In this document: positions 48,953 to 58,101 of the stretch, piece after piece
Layout: each line of letters opens with the position of its first letter
Position numbering within the stretch: position 1 is the stretch's first letter
IMG/VR virus record: IMGVR_UViG_3300034072_000758
Span: 1-64,000 of that record
Length of the DNA: 64,000 nt
Strand: one strand, 5' to 3'
Translations under genes and position numbers: made by a program
The notes under the pieces: model-generated
Databases searched by the model: none
What the model was told of the DNA's origin: nothing
The model's input: only the letters and a program-made list of their open reading frames with translations

Positions 48953-49966
48953 ATGCGGCTCGACCGAAAAACATTCGAACAGCATGTGTTCAAGCGTGAT
49001 GGAAATAAGTGCGTCTTTTGCGATAAACCCGCAATCGACGCACACCATATTCTTGAGCGCAAATTGTTCCATGACGGTTCGGGCGGTTATTATCTTGACA
49101 ACGGGGCCTCGGTCTGCGCTGAACACCACTTGCTCTGCGAAACCACGGACATTTCTGTGGAGGACGTTCGCAGAGCATGTGGTATAACTAATGTCGTTCT
49201 TCCGGCACAACTGTCGCCAAATGAACGATATGATAAATGGGGCAACATCATCTTGGAAGATGGATCGCTGGTTAAGGGCGAACTTTTTTATGATACTGGT
49301 GTCCAAAAGATTTTGAGGCGTGAAGCAATGAATGCTGTGACAAATTTGGTCAAGTACCCACGTACTTATCACCTTTCGTTTTCGGAAGGTGCGACCGATG
49401 ATGACAAGATGCTCAAGGACACGTCTTGCTTCGACGGCGAACAAGTGATTATCACTGAGAAAATGGATGGTGAAAATACCTCGCTCTATCCTGACTATTT
49501 CCATGCGCGCAGTTTGGATGGCAATCATCACTGGACCCGCGATTGGGTCAAACAATACTGGTCGAGCTTCGCGCACGATATTCCCGCCGAACATCGTATC
49601 TGTGGTGAGAACCTGTTCGCGCGACATTCCATCGCCTATGACAATCTCAAGTCCTATTTTATGGGCTTTTCCATGTGGCATAATGATCGTTGTTTAAGCT
49701 GGGACGAAACGATCACGTATTTTGAATTGCTCGGTATTGAACCGGTCCCGGTTCTGTATAGGGGTATCTGGGATGAAAAGATCGCAAGGTCTCTTTATAA
49801 TCCCAGCGACGACTCTCTTATCGAAGGGATCGTTGTGCGCAAAGCCGGGTCGTTCATGCTTGCTGATTTCAAAACTTCGGTAGCGAAAGCTGTTCGTAAG
49901 AACCACGTTCAGACCGAAGATCACTGGATGTATGGCGAAATACAAAAGAATGGTCTAATCAGCTAA
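48953..49966 (+). CDS. HNH endonuclease-like domain fused to RNA ligase
   Basis: CVFC...AHHI...NGASVCAEHH; KYPRTYHL, motif I TEKMDG, GEN, EGIVVR. Confidence 0.85.
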   Translation: MRLDRKTFEQHVFKRDGNKCVFCDKPAIDAHHILERKLFHDGSGGYYLDNGASVCAEHHLLCETTDISVEDVRRACGITNVVLPAQLSPNERYDKWGNIILEDGSLVKGELFYDTGVQKILRREAMNAVTNLVKYPRTYHLSFSEGATDDDKMLKDTSCFDGEQVIITEKMDGENTSLYPDYFHARSLDGNHHWTRDWVKQYWSSFAHDIPAEHRICGENLFARHSIAYDNLKSYFMGFSMWHNDRCLSWDETITYFELLGIEPVPVLYRGIWDEKIARSLYNPSDDSLIEGIVVRKAGSFMLADFKTSVAKAVRKNHVQTEDHWMYGEIQKNGLIS

Positions 49967-50022
49967 GCCTTATTGACACAACAAAATAAAAACGCCATAA
50001 GTTTGACTTTCATGGAGGAATC

Positions 50023-50223
50023 ATGAGCTTTGTAATTCGCAGTCAGGTCCGCAAAAAAGATGGCGAAACTGTTGTTGTATTTTTTGAAAATACGAACATG
50101 GTGAAAAGCAAGGCTCAGGATGCTTCTAAATTTCCCACAAAAGGCGAGGCGGACGCTAAAGCCAAATTGTTGAACTCGTATAATTATATGGGTATAAGTG
50201 GCTGGATTTCCCAACCGTGTTGA
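50023..50223 (+). CDS. Small hypothetical protein
   Basis: TTGACA promoter and GGAGG SD. Confidence 0.6.
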   Translation: MSFVIRSQVRKKDGETVVVFFENTNMVKSKAQDASKFPTKGEADAKAKLLNSYNYMGISGWISQPC

Positions 50224-50341
50224 GAATGATACTATGAATCAAGATAAAGATTTAATTTCGGGATTTAAGACGGCTATCTGCGTAGGCGGGATAGTCGCTT
50301 TGATAATTTTGATTCTGTCTCTGATTTTGTCGTGAGGATTT

Positions 50342-51355
50342 ATGAAAACGATTATGTCTGGTATTCAGCCGACCGGTGATCTCCACTTAGGAAACTATCT
50401 GGGGGCTTTGCGTAATTTCGCCGGGTTTGAAACCAACAGTTCTGATTGTTATTTCTGTATAGCTGATCTTCACGCAATCACCGTAAAGCATGATCCTGCT
50501 ATGCTTCGTCAAAATGTTCGCTTGATCGCTGCGGCAATGTTGGCGACCGGGATTGATCATCGCCGCTCCAAAATATTCGTTCAATCCGCTGTCCCGGCTC
50601 ATGCTGAACTGGCATGGTTATTCAACTGCGTGGCGCGCATGGGTTGGATGGAGCGTATGCCCCAATTCAAGGATAAGGCCGGTCAGGACGCCGAGAGAGC
50701 GTCTGTGGGCCTGTTTACCTACCCAATCCTCCAAGCCGCCGACATCCTCTTGTACAAGGCCACCGAAGTCCCTGTAGGCATCGACCAAGTTCATCACCTT
50801 GAACTGGCCGGGGAGATCGCGCGCAAGTTCAACCACGATTTCAATACCGATCTCTTCCCACACCCAAAGCCCATGATCGTGAAGAACACGAAAATCATGT
50901 CGCTTCTGGATGGGTCGAAGAAAATGTCGAAGTCAGACCCGAACGATAATTCGCGTATCAACATGATGGATGCGCCAGAATTAATCGCTAAAAAGATCAA
51001 GAAGGCCACGGCAGCGACCGAACCCCTCCCGTTCGAGGTCGAAGAAGGCTATCCCAACGCCTCCGTTGAGAACTTGGTCAACATCTATGCTTTGATCGAA
51101 GAATCCTGTCCACAAGCCGTTCTGGACGATTTTGGTGGTAAGGGCTACGGCATCTTCAAAACGGCACTGGCTGACCTTCTAATCGCCAAGCTGACGCCTT
51201 TGGCGACCGATATGAAACAAACCCTCGCCGATCCGGGTTCTCTGGATGCTATTTTGGGTTACGGTAATCTCATGGCCAATAACAAGGCTTACGAGACCTT
51301 GTGTGAAACCAAAGAGGTCTTGGGCCTCTGGAACAAAGAATCGATGCGGAGATAA
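50342..51355 (+). CDS. trpS: Tryptophanyl-tRNA synthetase
   Basis: SGIQPTG, HLGN, ADLHAIT, YPILQAADIL, VPVGIDQ and KMSKS motifs. Confidence 0.96.
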   Translation: MKTIMSGIQPTGDLHLGNYLGALRNFAGFETNSSDCYFCIADLHAITVKHDPAMLRQNVRLIAAAMLATGIDHRRSKIFVQSAVPAHAELAWLFNCVARMGWMERMPQFKDKAGQDAERASVGLFTYPILQAADILLYKATEVPVGIDQVHHLELAGEIARKFNHDFNTDLFPHPKPMIVKNTKIMSLLDGSKKMSKSDPNDNSRINMMDAPELIAKKIKKATAATEPLPFEVEEGYPNASVENLVNIYALIEESCPQAVLDDFGGKGYGIFKTALADLLIAKLTPLATDMKQTLADPGSLDAILGYGNLMANNKAYETLCETKEVLGLWNKESMRR

Positions 51356-51357
51356 TC

Positions 51358-52071
51358 ATGGGCGGTATGATCAACGTTGCTATTCGTTTCCGCGATGGAC
51401 GAACTGTCTGCCAAGAACGCTGGACAAACAATATACCCTTCTGGTTCAAACACCCTCTGATGTTTGCCGGGGATACTGATTATGTTCAAGCCTACATCAA
51501 TTTGACTCGTTCTAATGAGCATGTCGATTGGAAAAACCCACCTGAGCTATGTTTGACCGGGCGTCCGTCTCCGGTTAGAAATTCAGATTATGGTATTATT
51601 GTTTGGGATTTTGTAACCAATACAATTTTAGATAATAATGTATACAGCGACCCAATAAGCATGACCGAATTGGAAGCTGGTTCCGACAACTTTGGTAAGA
51701 TGGAATTGTTTAACCTTCTGGCCAAAGCTGGACAAATTCATACGCGACAATATATTCGTATCGACTCGGAAGATGATTATGGGAGTCGGGTTGAAATTAG
51801 CGACCCGCTATCATTCGAACAAGCCAGAGCCGTCGCCGACAAGCTTTTTGCTGAACGTCGCATCGATAAAGACACCGGTAAAGATGGCGATGTGATTTGG
51901 CAAGACTTCTATATCAATCCCAAACCAATGACATACCTTAAGTTTCCAGAACGTAGCTGGAAACCGATTAAAGATAAATTGATCGAACTTGATTTTCCGA
52001 TGACGAAGAAAGCCGGTTTGAACAAGCTGATCTACGTAGATTCATCTTATCAAGTCGAAGATGAAGAATAA
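51358..52071 (+). CDS. Hypothetical protein
   Basis: 237 aa; MGG...RWTN motif. Confidence 0.7.
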   Translation: MGGMINVAIRFRDGRTVCQERWTNNIPFWFKHPLMFAGDTDYVQAYINLTRSNEHVDWKNPPELCLTGRPSPVRNSDYGIIVWDFVTNTILDNNVYSDPISMTELEAGSDNFGKMELFNLLAKAGQIHTRQYIRIDSEDDYGSRVEISDPLSFEQARAVADKLFAERRIDKDTGKDGDVIWQDFYINPKPMTYLKFPERSWKPIKDKLIELDFPMTKKAGLNKLIYVDSSYQVEDEE

Positions 52072-52108
52072 ATTGTAATATCTTCACGGGTCGTTTACCA
52101 TATGATCC

Positions 52109-52891
52109 ATGAAGATTTTGCTGTTGAGTGATCTTCACCGGGAGTTCGGCAAGATACGAATCGACTCAGGTGAAGCCGATGTCGTTGTGCTGGCCGGGGA
52201 TATATCCGTAGGTTCAGAAGGAATCGTATGGGCTGCGAACGAGTTCAAGGTTCCTGTCATTTACGTGGCCGGTAATCATGAGTTCTATAGCAAAAAACGC
52301 ACCCACCAAAAGCATATCGAGAACCTACGCAAACGCGCCGAAGGTACGAATGTCCACTTCTTAGAAAACGATACGATCACCATAGATGATGTGAAATTCA
52401 TCGGTGCTACGTTGTGGACTGATTACGGTCTATTCGGAAAACCATACCTGAGTGGTACTGTCGCCGCGCGCGGCCTCAATGACTTTGAGAACATCACCAT
52501 TGGCGTAAACCAACGATTAACTACCGATTACATAATGGGCGTTAATTCCGACTCCAAGATGTTCATTCAGGAAGAATTGAACAAGCCATTTGACGGAAAA
52601 GTCATAGTCGTTACTCACCATGCTCCGTCGATCCATTCGTGTCTTGATCGCTATAAACACGACGAACTTACCCCAGCCTATGCCTCGCGGCTAGAGCACA
52701 TGATGCTCTACTCGCCACGCAATCCCGACTATTGGTTCCACGGCCACATGCACAACACCAGTGACTATGTGATCGGAGAATGTCGGGTCGTAGTCAATCC
52801 ACGCGGATACCACCCCTTTGCGGTAAATGACGACTTCGAGTATAAGATTATCGATACGAGCAAGCGCCACCCGCAATTCGAAGATCAGTAA
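52109..52891 (+). CDS. Calcineurin-like metallophosphoesterase
   Basis: SDLH, AGD, GNHE, THH, HGH and NPRGY motifs. Confidence 0.92.
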   Translation: MKILLLSDLHREFGKIRIDSGEADVVVLAGDISVGSEGIVWAANEFKVPVIYVAGNHEFYSKKRTHQKHIENLRKRAEGTNVHFLENDTITIDDVKFIGATLWTDYGLFGKPYLSGTVAARGLNDFENITIGVNQRLTTDYIMGVNSDSKMFIQEELNKPFDGKVIVVTHHAPSIHSCLDRYKHDELTPAYASRLEHMMLYSPRNPDYWFHGHMHNTSDYVIGECRVVVNPRGYHPFAVNDDFEYKIIDTSKRHPQFEDQ

Positions 52892-53208
52892 CGGATGTAT
52901 ATCGGAACGTATTCGCCTTCTTTAGCCAATTCATCTTGGATGCGAATAATACTATCCAAAGCTTCCTGTGGCGAGTTCTCATAACCGTATGAACGCTTTT
53001 CTTTACGAATACCATAATAGTCATCGAGATAGTCATGAGACCACAGATTGTGGCTCAGTTCGACCGTGAGATAATGATCCGTGAAATTGGGGATACGTTG
53101 CCCTTCATGCCAGACATGCGGCACACCATCTTCAATCGTCACGGGAGCGAAGCGATGCCACCCATTCGGAAGATTGTCTTTTGGGTACACGAGATCAGTC
53201 ATTTTCAT
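52885..53208 (-). CDS. Hypothetical protein; start approximate
   Basis: ORF overlapping the end of 53195-53776. Confidence 0.5.
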   Translation of the reverse strand: MKMTDLVYPKDNLPNGWHRFAPVTIEDGVPHVWHEGQRIPNFTDHYLTVELSHNLWSHDYLDDYYGIRKEKRSYGYENSPQEALDSIIRIQDELAKEGEYVPIYIRY

Positions 53209-53776
53209 CAGCCAGAATTTGAGCGACAATTCGGCGGGCCTTATCGCGGCGTTGTTCCATTTCCTCTTCGGTATACGGGCAGAGCTTTGTTTGGAGAGCG
53301 ACCAATTCTTCGGCCAGCGTATTCAGATTGTGACCACGCGCCCTTGAAATAAGCTCAGATAGAAATTTATCACAAGCCTTGCGCCATTCCGGGTCACATT
53401 TTTCCACCGGCAGGTTTTCGAGGCGAGTGCGTTGACCAGACAACCCACCACGATTGGCGAGATCGAAAACGGTGTAAGCGACCGAATAGCCTTGGTTGGA
53501 TTGGAAGTATTGATCGTCGGACGCATACAGGTCGAGATTGTCATAGCGAAGACCATTTTCCAGTTTCTCGATCTCGGAATGCGAATCCGCAATGAATTGC
53601 TCACGGGTGACATTCGGCTTGTCCTTGGTTCCCCAAAAGTTCGTGAGTTCACCATCGCGCCATTCATAGTCACCGCCCGTGGACAGAAGGACATAGGCCA
53701 GAACTTGCCACCGATTCTTATACAGAGTCGGGTAGTTGAGCATAGCTTGCTTTACGAGTTGATCAACTTTGTTCAT
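53195..53776 (-). CDS. Early hypothetical protein
   Basis: TTGACA promoter and AGGAG SD. Confidence 0.7.
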   Translation of the reverse strand: MNKVDQLVKQAMLNYPTLYKNRWQVLAYVLLSTGGDYEWRDGELTNFWGTKDKPNVTREQFIADSHSEIEKLENGLRYDNLDLYASDDQYFQSNQGYSVAYTVFDLANRGGLSGQRTRLENLPVEKCDPEWRKACDKFLSELISRARGHNLNTLAEELVALQTKLCPYTEEEMEQRRDKARRIVAQILADEND

Positions 53777-53852
53777 GACTATCTCCTATATTTTGTATAT
53801 TCATGATAACATAAAAGCTTGATATGTCAACGTATCCTGATAATATAATCCT

Positions 53853-54206
53853 ATGGCATTTATAGTTCTCAAAGATGAAGTGGCGGAAAAGTTTTGGTTA
53901 AAATGTTGGCGCATTTTAATCGCCGAACGCGATGCTAACCCAGCAGATCATTGGTTTAATCGCGCTTCGTGGGATTTGTTGGGCGGGCGCTCTATATTTG
54001 CTGGCGACGAATATCAAGTGGTTTTAAAAAATATAGACGCCGCCCATCGCAGTATAGGCACCATGACTAGCCACAACACTCGAATAGAATTTGGTCCATA
54101 TAGTAGCGAATACGACATGACTTTTTCCTGTCGAGAAGTAGTCATCTATTCAGAAGAAGTCGATCCCGATGAAATATTCATCAAGATCAGCTTGATGGAC
54201 ACCTAA
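53853..54206 (+). CDS. Hypothetical protein
   Basis: -10-like TAATAT 6 nt before the ATG. Confidence 0.6.
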   Translation: MAFIVLKDEVAEKFWLKCWRILIAERDANPADHWFNRASWDLLGGRSIFAGDEYQVVLKNIDAAHRSIGTMTSHNTRIEFGPYSSEYDMTFSCREVVIYSEEVDPDEIFIKISLMDT

Positions 54207-54439
54207 TATCCGCGAGATTTTAGCCAGTCTTTCATGGCATCATCTATTGGTAATTTTACCCCCGGATTGCTCTTTATCTTGGGAGCTTTATCCTTGAATT
54301 TGCTTTTTTTGGGTTCTGGACAGTTGTTCAACTCATTAAATAGCTTTGCTTCAACTTCCATATAAGATGGTTTTGGCTTAGGTTTAGCCACGGGTGGGAG
54401 CTTCTTGGAGCGCTTCTTTTTCATTTTAAATCTGAACAT
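54203..54439 (-). CDS. Small Lys/Pro-rich basic protein
   Basis: TTGACT-18-TAGTAT 6 nt before the ATG. Confidence 0.55.
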   Translation of the reverse strand: MFRFKMKKKRSKKLPPVAKPKPKPSYMEVEAKLFNELNNCPEPKKSKFKDKAPKIKSNPGVKLPIDDAMKDWLKSRGY

Positions 54440-54479
54440 ACATTCATACTATTATAGATGAATTTCATGAGTCAATTTA

Positions 54480-54506
54480 AAAGGCCCGTATTTCTACGGG
54501 CCTTTG
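54480..54506. terminator. Terminator hairpin after phoH
   Basis: aaaggcccgta-tttc-tacgggccttt. Confidence 0.8.
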
Positions 54507-54509
54507 TTT

Positions 54510-55343
54510 TTATTCTTCGAACTTCTTATAGATGTTCAAGATTTCTTCGATGACCTCATGACGCTCAACGTCTTTAGCCGCGAAGGTAGCGACCGCAAGA
54601 GACTTGCTTCCTGTTCTCAAAAGCTTGTCGGTGAAGTCCTTCAAACCGTTCTTTTCGAAGCCACGGTCGTGCTGAGCCAAGTCACCAGTAACGATCATGC
54701 GCGATCCTTCACCAATACGGGTCAGAACCATTTGCATCTGGTTTGGCGTCGAGTTTTGCATTTCGTCGGCCAGAATGATGGCATTCTTGAATGTACGACC
54801 GCGCATGTAAGCGAGCGGGCAGATGTCGATAATTTCTTCGCGCAACATCTTGTCAACCTGCGCTGGGGTATAGTGTTCCTTGAATACGTCGATGATCGGC
54901 AGAACCCAAGGGGCCATTTTTTCGATCAACGATCCCGGCAGGAAGCCGTGCTGTTCGTCAACGCTTACCGCTGGTCTGGTGATGATGATTTTTTCGATAA
55001 GTCCTTCCTGATAGCACTTGATAGCATACAATGTGGCCAAAAGAGTTTTTCCGCAACCGGCTGGTCCCATAGCAAAAATGATGTGTTTATCGTCATCATT
55101 CAGCAAATCTACATAACGTTCTTGGGCTACATTTCTCGGTACAATATCTACACGCTTCTTGCGGCTTCTAACGTCATCGAACTCAACTACGTTTGAATTT
55201 TGTTGCTGTTGTCGATTACCACGACGATTGGATTTTTGGTAATCTGTGTTGTTACGGTCTTCTCTAGGGTTGGCTTTATTTGCGCGTTTGGCGAATTTGC
55301 TTTGTGCCACTGGATTCTCCTTCTGGATAATTGTCGTATCCAA
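54510..55343 (-). CDS. phoH: PhoH-like ATPase (start possibly GTG 55310)
   Basis: GPAGCGKT, TRPAV, GFLPG, YMRGRTF, DEMQN and GDLAQ motifs. Confidence 0.95.
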   Translation of the reverse strand: MDTTIIQKENPVAQSKFAKRANKANPREDRNNTDYQKSNRRGNRQQQQNSNVVEFDDVRSRKKRVDIVPRNVAQERYVDLLNDDDKHIIFAMGPAGCGKTLLATLYAIKCYQEGLIEKIIITRPAVSVDEQHGFLPGSLIEKMAPWVLPIIDVFKEHYTPAQVDKMLREEIIDICPLAYMRGRTFKNAIILADEMQNSTPNQMQMVLTRIGEGSRMIVTGDLAQHDRGFEKNGLKDFTDKLLRTGSKSLAVATFAAKDVERHEVIEEILNIYKKFEE

Positions 55344-55464
55344 AAGTATTTAGAGGTCCATTTTTCAGCATATTAACATATGTTTTAATATTCGATTTTG
55401 ACCATAAATACATTACTTGATCATCCGCCTCTTGACAGAAAACATCATTCTGTTAATTTGAGGC

Positions 55465-56052
55465 ATGAACTTCTATGACACCAGCCGCCAAAAAGATTGG
55501 GATCATCTTAATTATGTGATCGCCGCCCCCGGCGCGACCAATATTCTATTATTGGATGGCCAGTACGATCCAGATCAATTATGGTTAGACCTCGGACAGG
55601 TTTTTATATACAAACCCCTAATCGAAGAAGTGGTCGAAAAGAAGAGAGTTCGCTACCGCAAGAAGCAGAAATGGGAACCCATTCCCACCACTGAACGCGA
55701 TTACTATATCTATGATTATATTCCCACGCATTTTTATGATTATTTCTTCAATAACACAAAAAGCGAATATGTGAAACAATATAGAATACTGTTCCCCGAA
55801 GGACGATTACTACAAATTAACACAATGTCGGAAAGCGAAACAGCGGCGATATTTGTGTTAGATAAAATGACTGCCGCTCAGGGACGGGATTGGTTAAAAA
55901 ATAATACAATAAGCTTTTGGAGTATCAGTACCAATTCTCGTGGAGAACTGACAGTTCGCTTAGAAAGCGACGATGATGCTATTCGTTTCAAACTGGAATT
56001 TGGAAAATTAGCCGAACCAGCACATTGGTGGAAACGGAGTAAGCCGGATTAA
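55465..56052 (+). CDS. Hypothetical protein (DAxxFKL family)
   Basis: WLKNN...RLESDDDAIRFKLEFG; TTGACA promoter directly upstream. Confidence 0.65.
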   Translation: MNFYDTSRQKDWDHLNYVIAAPGATNILLLDGQYDPDQLWLDLGQVFIYKPLIEEVVEKKRVRYRKKQKWEPIPTTERDYYIYDYIPTHFYDYFFNNTKSEYVKQYRILFPEGRLLQINTMSESETAAIFVLDKMTAAQGRDWLKNNTISFWSISTNSRGELTVRLESDDDAIRFKLEFGKLAEPAHWWKRSKPD

Positions 56053-56237
56053 CCCCGACCTTTTATTTTCACCACAATACCATTTTTCAGTTCAACGTTG
56101 ATACGCTTCATCTGGACATCGCAAGTCCCGATCTGAGGCTGGCCGTCAACTACCCACGGACGAATAGTGAACCCATTTTCGCGCGCCAATGTGTCGGCGT
56201 CATCTAGCGACAGTCCAAGAAGTTGCTCATCTCTCAT
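56049..56237 (-). CDS. Peptidase inhibitor I78/I13-like small protein
   Basis: LLGLS...GTCDVQMKRINVELKNGIV...G matches the T-x-D-x-x-x-x-R-x-N loop pattern. Confidence 0.6.
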   Translation of the reverse strand: MRDEQLLGLSLDDADTLARENGFTIRPWVVDGQPQIGTCDVQMKRINVELKNGIVVKIKGRG

Positions 56238-56303
56238 TGTTTAATCCTCGATTTACCAAATTTTAGAGCATTTATCCGTCCGAGTCAATGAATAAATATC
56301 ATT

Positions 56304-57080
56304 ATGACGGCCTCATTAACTCTTTATCAGACACCAAGAGTAGTCACATTGTCTTTAGCGGAAGGTATTCTCATGCATTACCCAATAAATCATACTGCCT
56401 TCAAGATCACAAAAGGAATTACGACTGAAATTCTTTTCTTTATTAAAAACATTGACAATGTTCCGGTGACTACACTTGTCGGTACGCCAAAGATTATCAT
56501 CAATACTCAAAATAATGAGATCGAAATTCTTCAAAAGGACTTCGAACTGGTCAACGCTGAGAAGTCTTTGTGGAAGATCGTGTTCACACCACAAGAAATG
56601 GAATCCATTCCTCTGGGCGGATATATCTATTTTGTCGTGGTTAATAATGCGGGCGTAGAGACCTTCCTGTACACCGACAAGGCATACGGTGCCACTGGAA
56701 CGCTGGAAGCCGTCACAGGGCCTTACGCAGCCCCACAGGGGCCTGTTATCGTCCAGCGCCGCGACATGCTCTGGGACAACGGTATTGTCGTCTCTGGCTC
56801 TTATAAAAGCGCCGAAAATCCATATCAAACCGGCAATCATGTCATCAACACTTCGATCACCGAGTTCACCGGTAATATCTACGTGGAAGCATCAACTTTC
56901 GATCAACCGTCTCAAAATCACGTTGATTGGGAAAAAGTACACACCGTCGAAGTCACCGAAGCTACAAGCAACGCGATTGAAATATCATTACCATCGGCGG
57001 GATATAAGTGGCTACGCTTCTCTGCTAAAGAGAAAACAGGTAACGTAGTTACGTTCTCATACAGTAGATACATGGAATAA
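56304..57080 (+). CDS. Late beta-rich protein, probably structural
   Basis: TAAATA 5 nt before ATG; FTGNIYVEAS...W and WLRF motifs. Confidence 0.7.
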   Translation: MTASLTLYQTPRVVTLSLAEGILMHYPINHTAFKITKGITTEILFFIKNIDNVPVTTLVGTPKIIINTQNNEIEILQKDFELVNAEKSLWKIVFTPQEMESIPLGGYIYFVVVNNAGVETFLYTDKAYGATGTLEAVTGPYAAPQGPVIVQRRDMLWDNGIVVSGSYKSAENPYQTGNHVINTSITEFTGNIYVEASTFDQPSQNHVDWEKVHTVEVTEATSNAIEISLPSAGYKWLRFSAKEKTGNVVTFSYSRYME

Positions 57081-57081
57081 T

Positions 57082-57549
57082 ATGCGTTACTATAATATCC
57101 TACAAGAAATGGCGTTAGATCGCGTATTTTATCATGGCACCAATCATGATTTTAACCAATTTGAAAAGACTAGAGGAACTGTGGCTAGTATATTTGGAAG
57201 CGAACAAGTTGATCGTCAAGGTTTCTTTTTTACGGATAATGTGGAGTTCGCCAAAAACTTTGGTAACAAAATCATCAAAGTCAAACTTAGAATGAACAAG
57301 CCATTCGATCTGTCAAACGGATTGAGTTCTACTATGACCGCCGAATTAGAACGCCACGGTATTTCTTTCAAATGGATGTTGAGCAATGAAGATTGGGAAA
57401 AATTCGACGGCGAGGAAGGAGAAATGTTCGTAAACGCCTTGAAAGCTCTTGGCTACGATAGTGCTATTATTCAAGAGCCGGATGATCACGGCCACGATCA
57501 GACCGCATATATAGTGTTCGATCCTTCCCAGATTAAAATCATTGGATGA
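57082..57549 (+). CDS. ADP-ribosyltransferase-like domain protein with CTS-like N-terminus
   Basis: FYHGT, GFFFTDN..FA, GYDS and YIVFDPSQIK resemble the ART-PolyVal-type domain; MRYYNILQE start. Confidence 0.7.
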   Translation: MRYYNILQEMALDRVFYHGTNHDFNQFEKTRGTVASIFGSEQVDRQGFFFTDNVEFAKNFGNKIIKVKLRMNKPFDLSNGLSSTMTAELERHGISFKWMLSNEDWEKFDGEEGEMFVNALKALGYDSAIIQEPDDHGHDQTAYIVFDPSQIKIIG

Positions 57550-57573
57550 TTAAAACCGCATATAAATATCGGT

Positions 57574-58101
57574 ATGGGAAAACGATCCGATTTTGAACGC
57601 AATGAGCGCGACTTCTACGAAACGCCTCTGGAAGGCGTAAAGCCTCTACTGGTCCACTTAGAACCAAACACCAAATTTGTAGAGCCTTGCGGTGGTAAAG
57701 GTAAGCTTATAGACCATCTGGTGTCATTTGGTCATGAGTGTGTCGGAGCTTATGATGTTCATCCGCTGAGAGACGATATTTTGGTTGGTGATGCCACGAC
57801 CGTTCAACATGTCGGGGAAAATTTTGTCTTCATCACTAACCCACCTTGGGATCGCAAGCTTCTTCACCCGATGATCGAGAACCTGTCTGATCAGGCTCCC
57901 ACTTGGTTACTATTTGATGCTGATTGGCTTCACACAAAGCAGTCTATCCCGTTCTTACCACGCCTTAGAAAGGTAGTATCTATAGGACGCTTGAAGTGGA
58001 TACCAGATAGCAAGATGACAGGTAAGGACAATTGCGCTTGGTATCTCTTTGAGAAGCCTTCCTCAGAACATCTTCCCATCTTCTATGGTCGAACCCTCTA
58101 A
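57574..58101 (+). CDS. Amino-DNA methyltransferase (N6-adenine type)
   Basis: DFYETP, EPCGGKG (motif I) and ITNPPW (motif IV); TATAAATA 5 nt before ATG. Confidence 0.85.
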   Translation: MGKRSDFERNERDFYETPLEGVKPLLVHLEPNTKFVEPCGGKGKLIDHLVSFGHECVGAYDVHPLRDDILVGDATTVQHVGENFVFITNPPWDRKLLHPMIENLSDQAPTWLLFDADWLHTKQSIPFLPRLRKVVSIGRLKWIPDSKMTGKDNCAWYLFEKPSSEHLPIFYGRTL

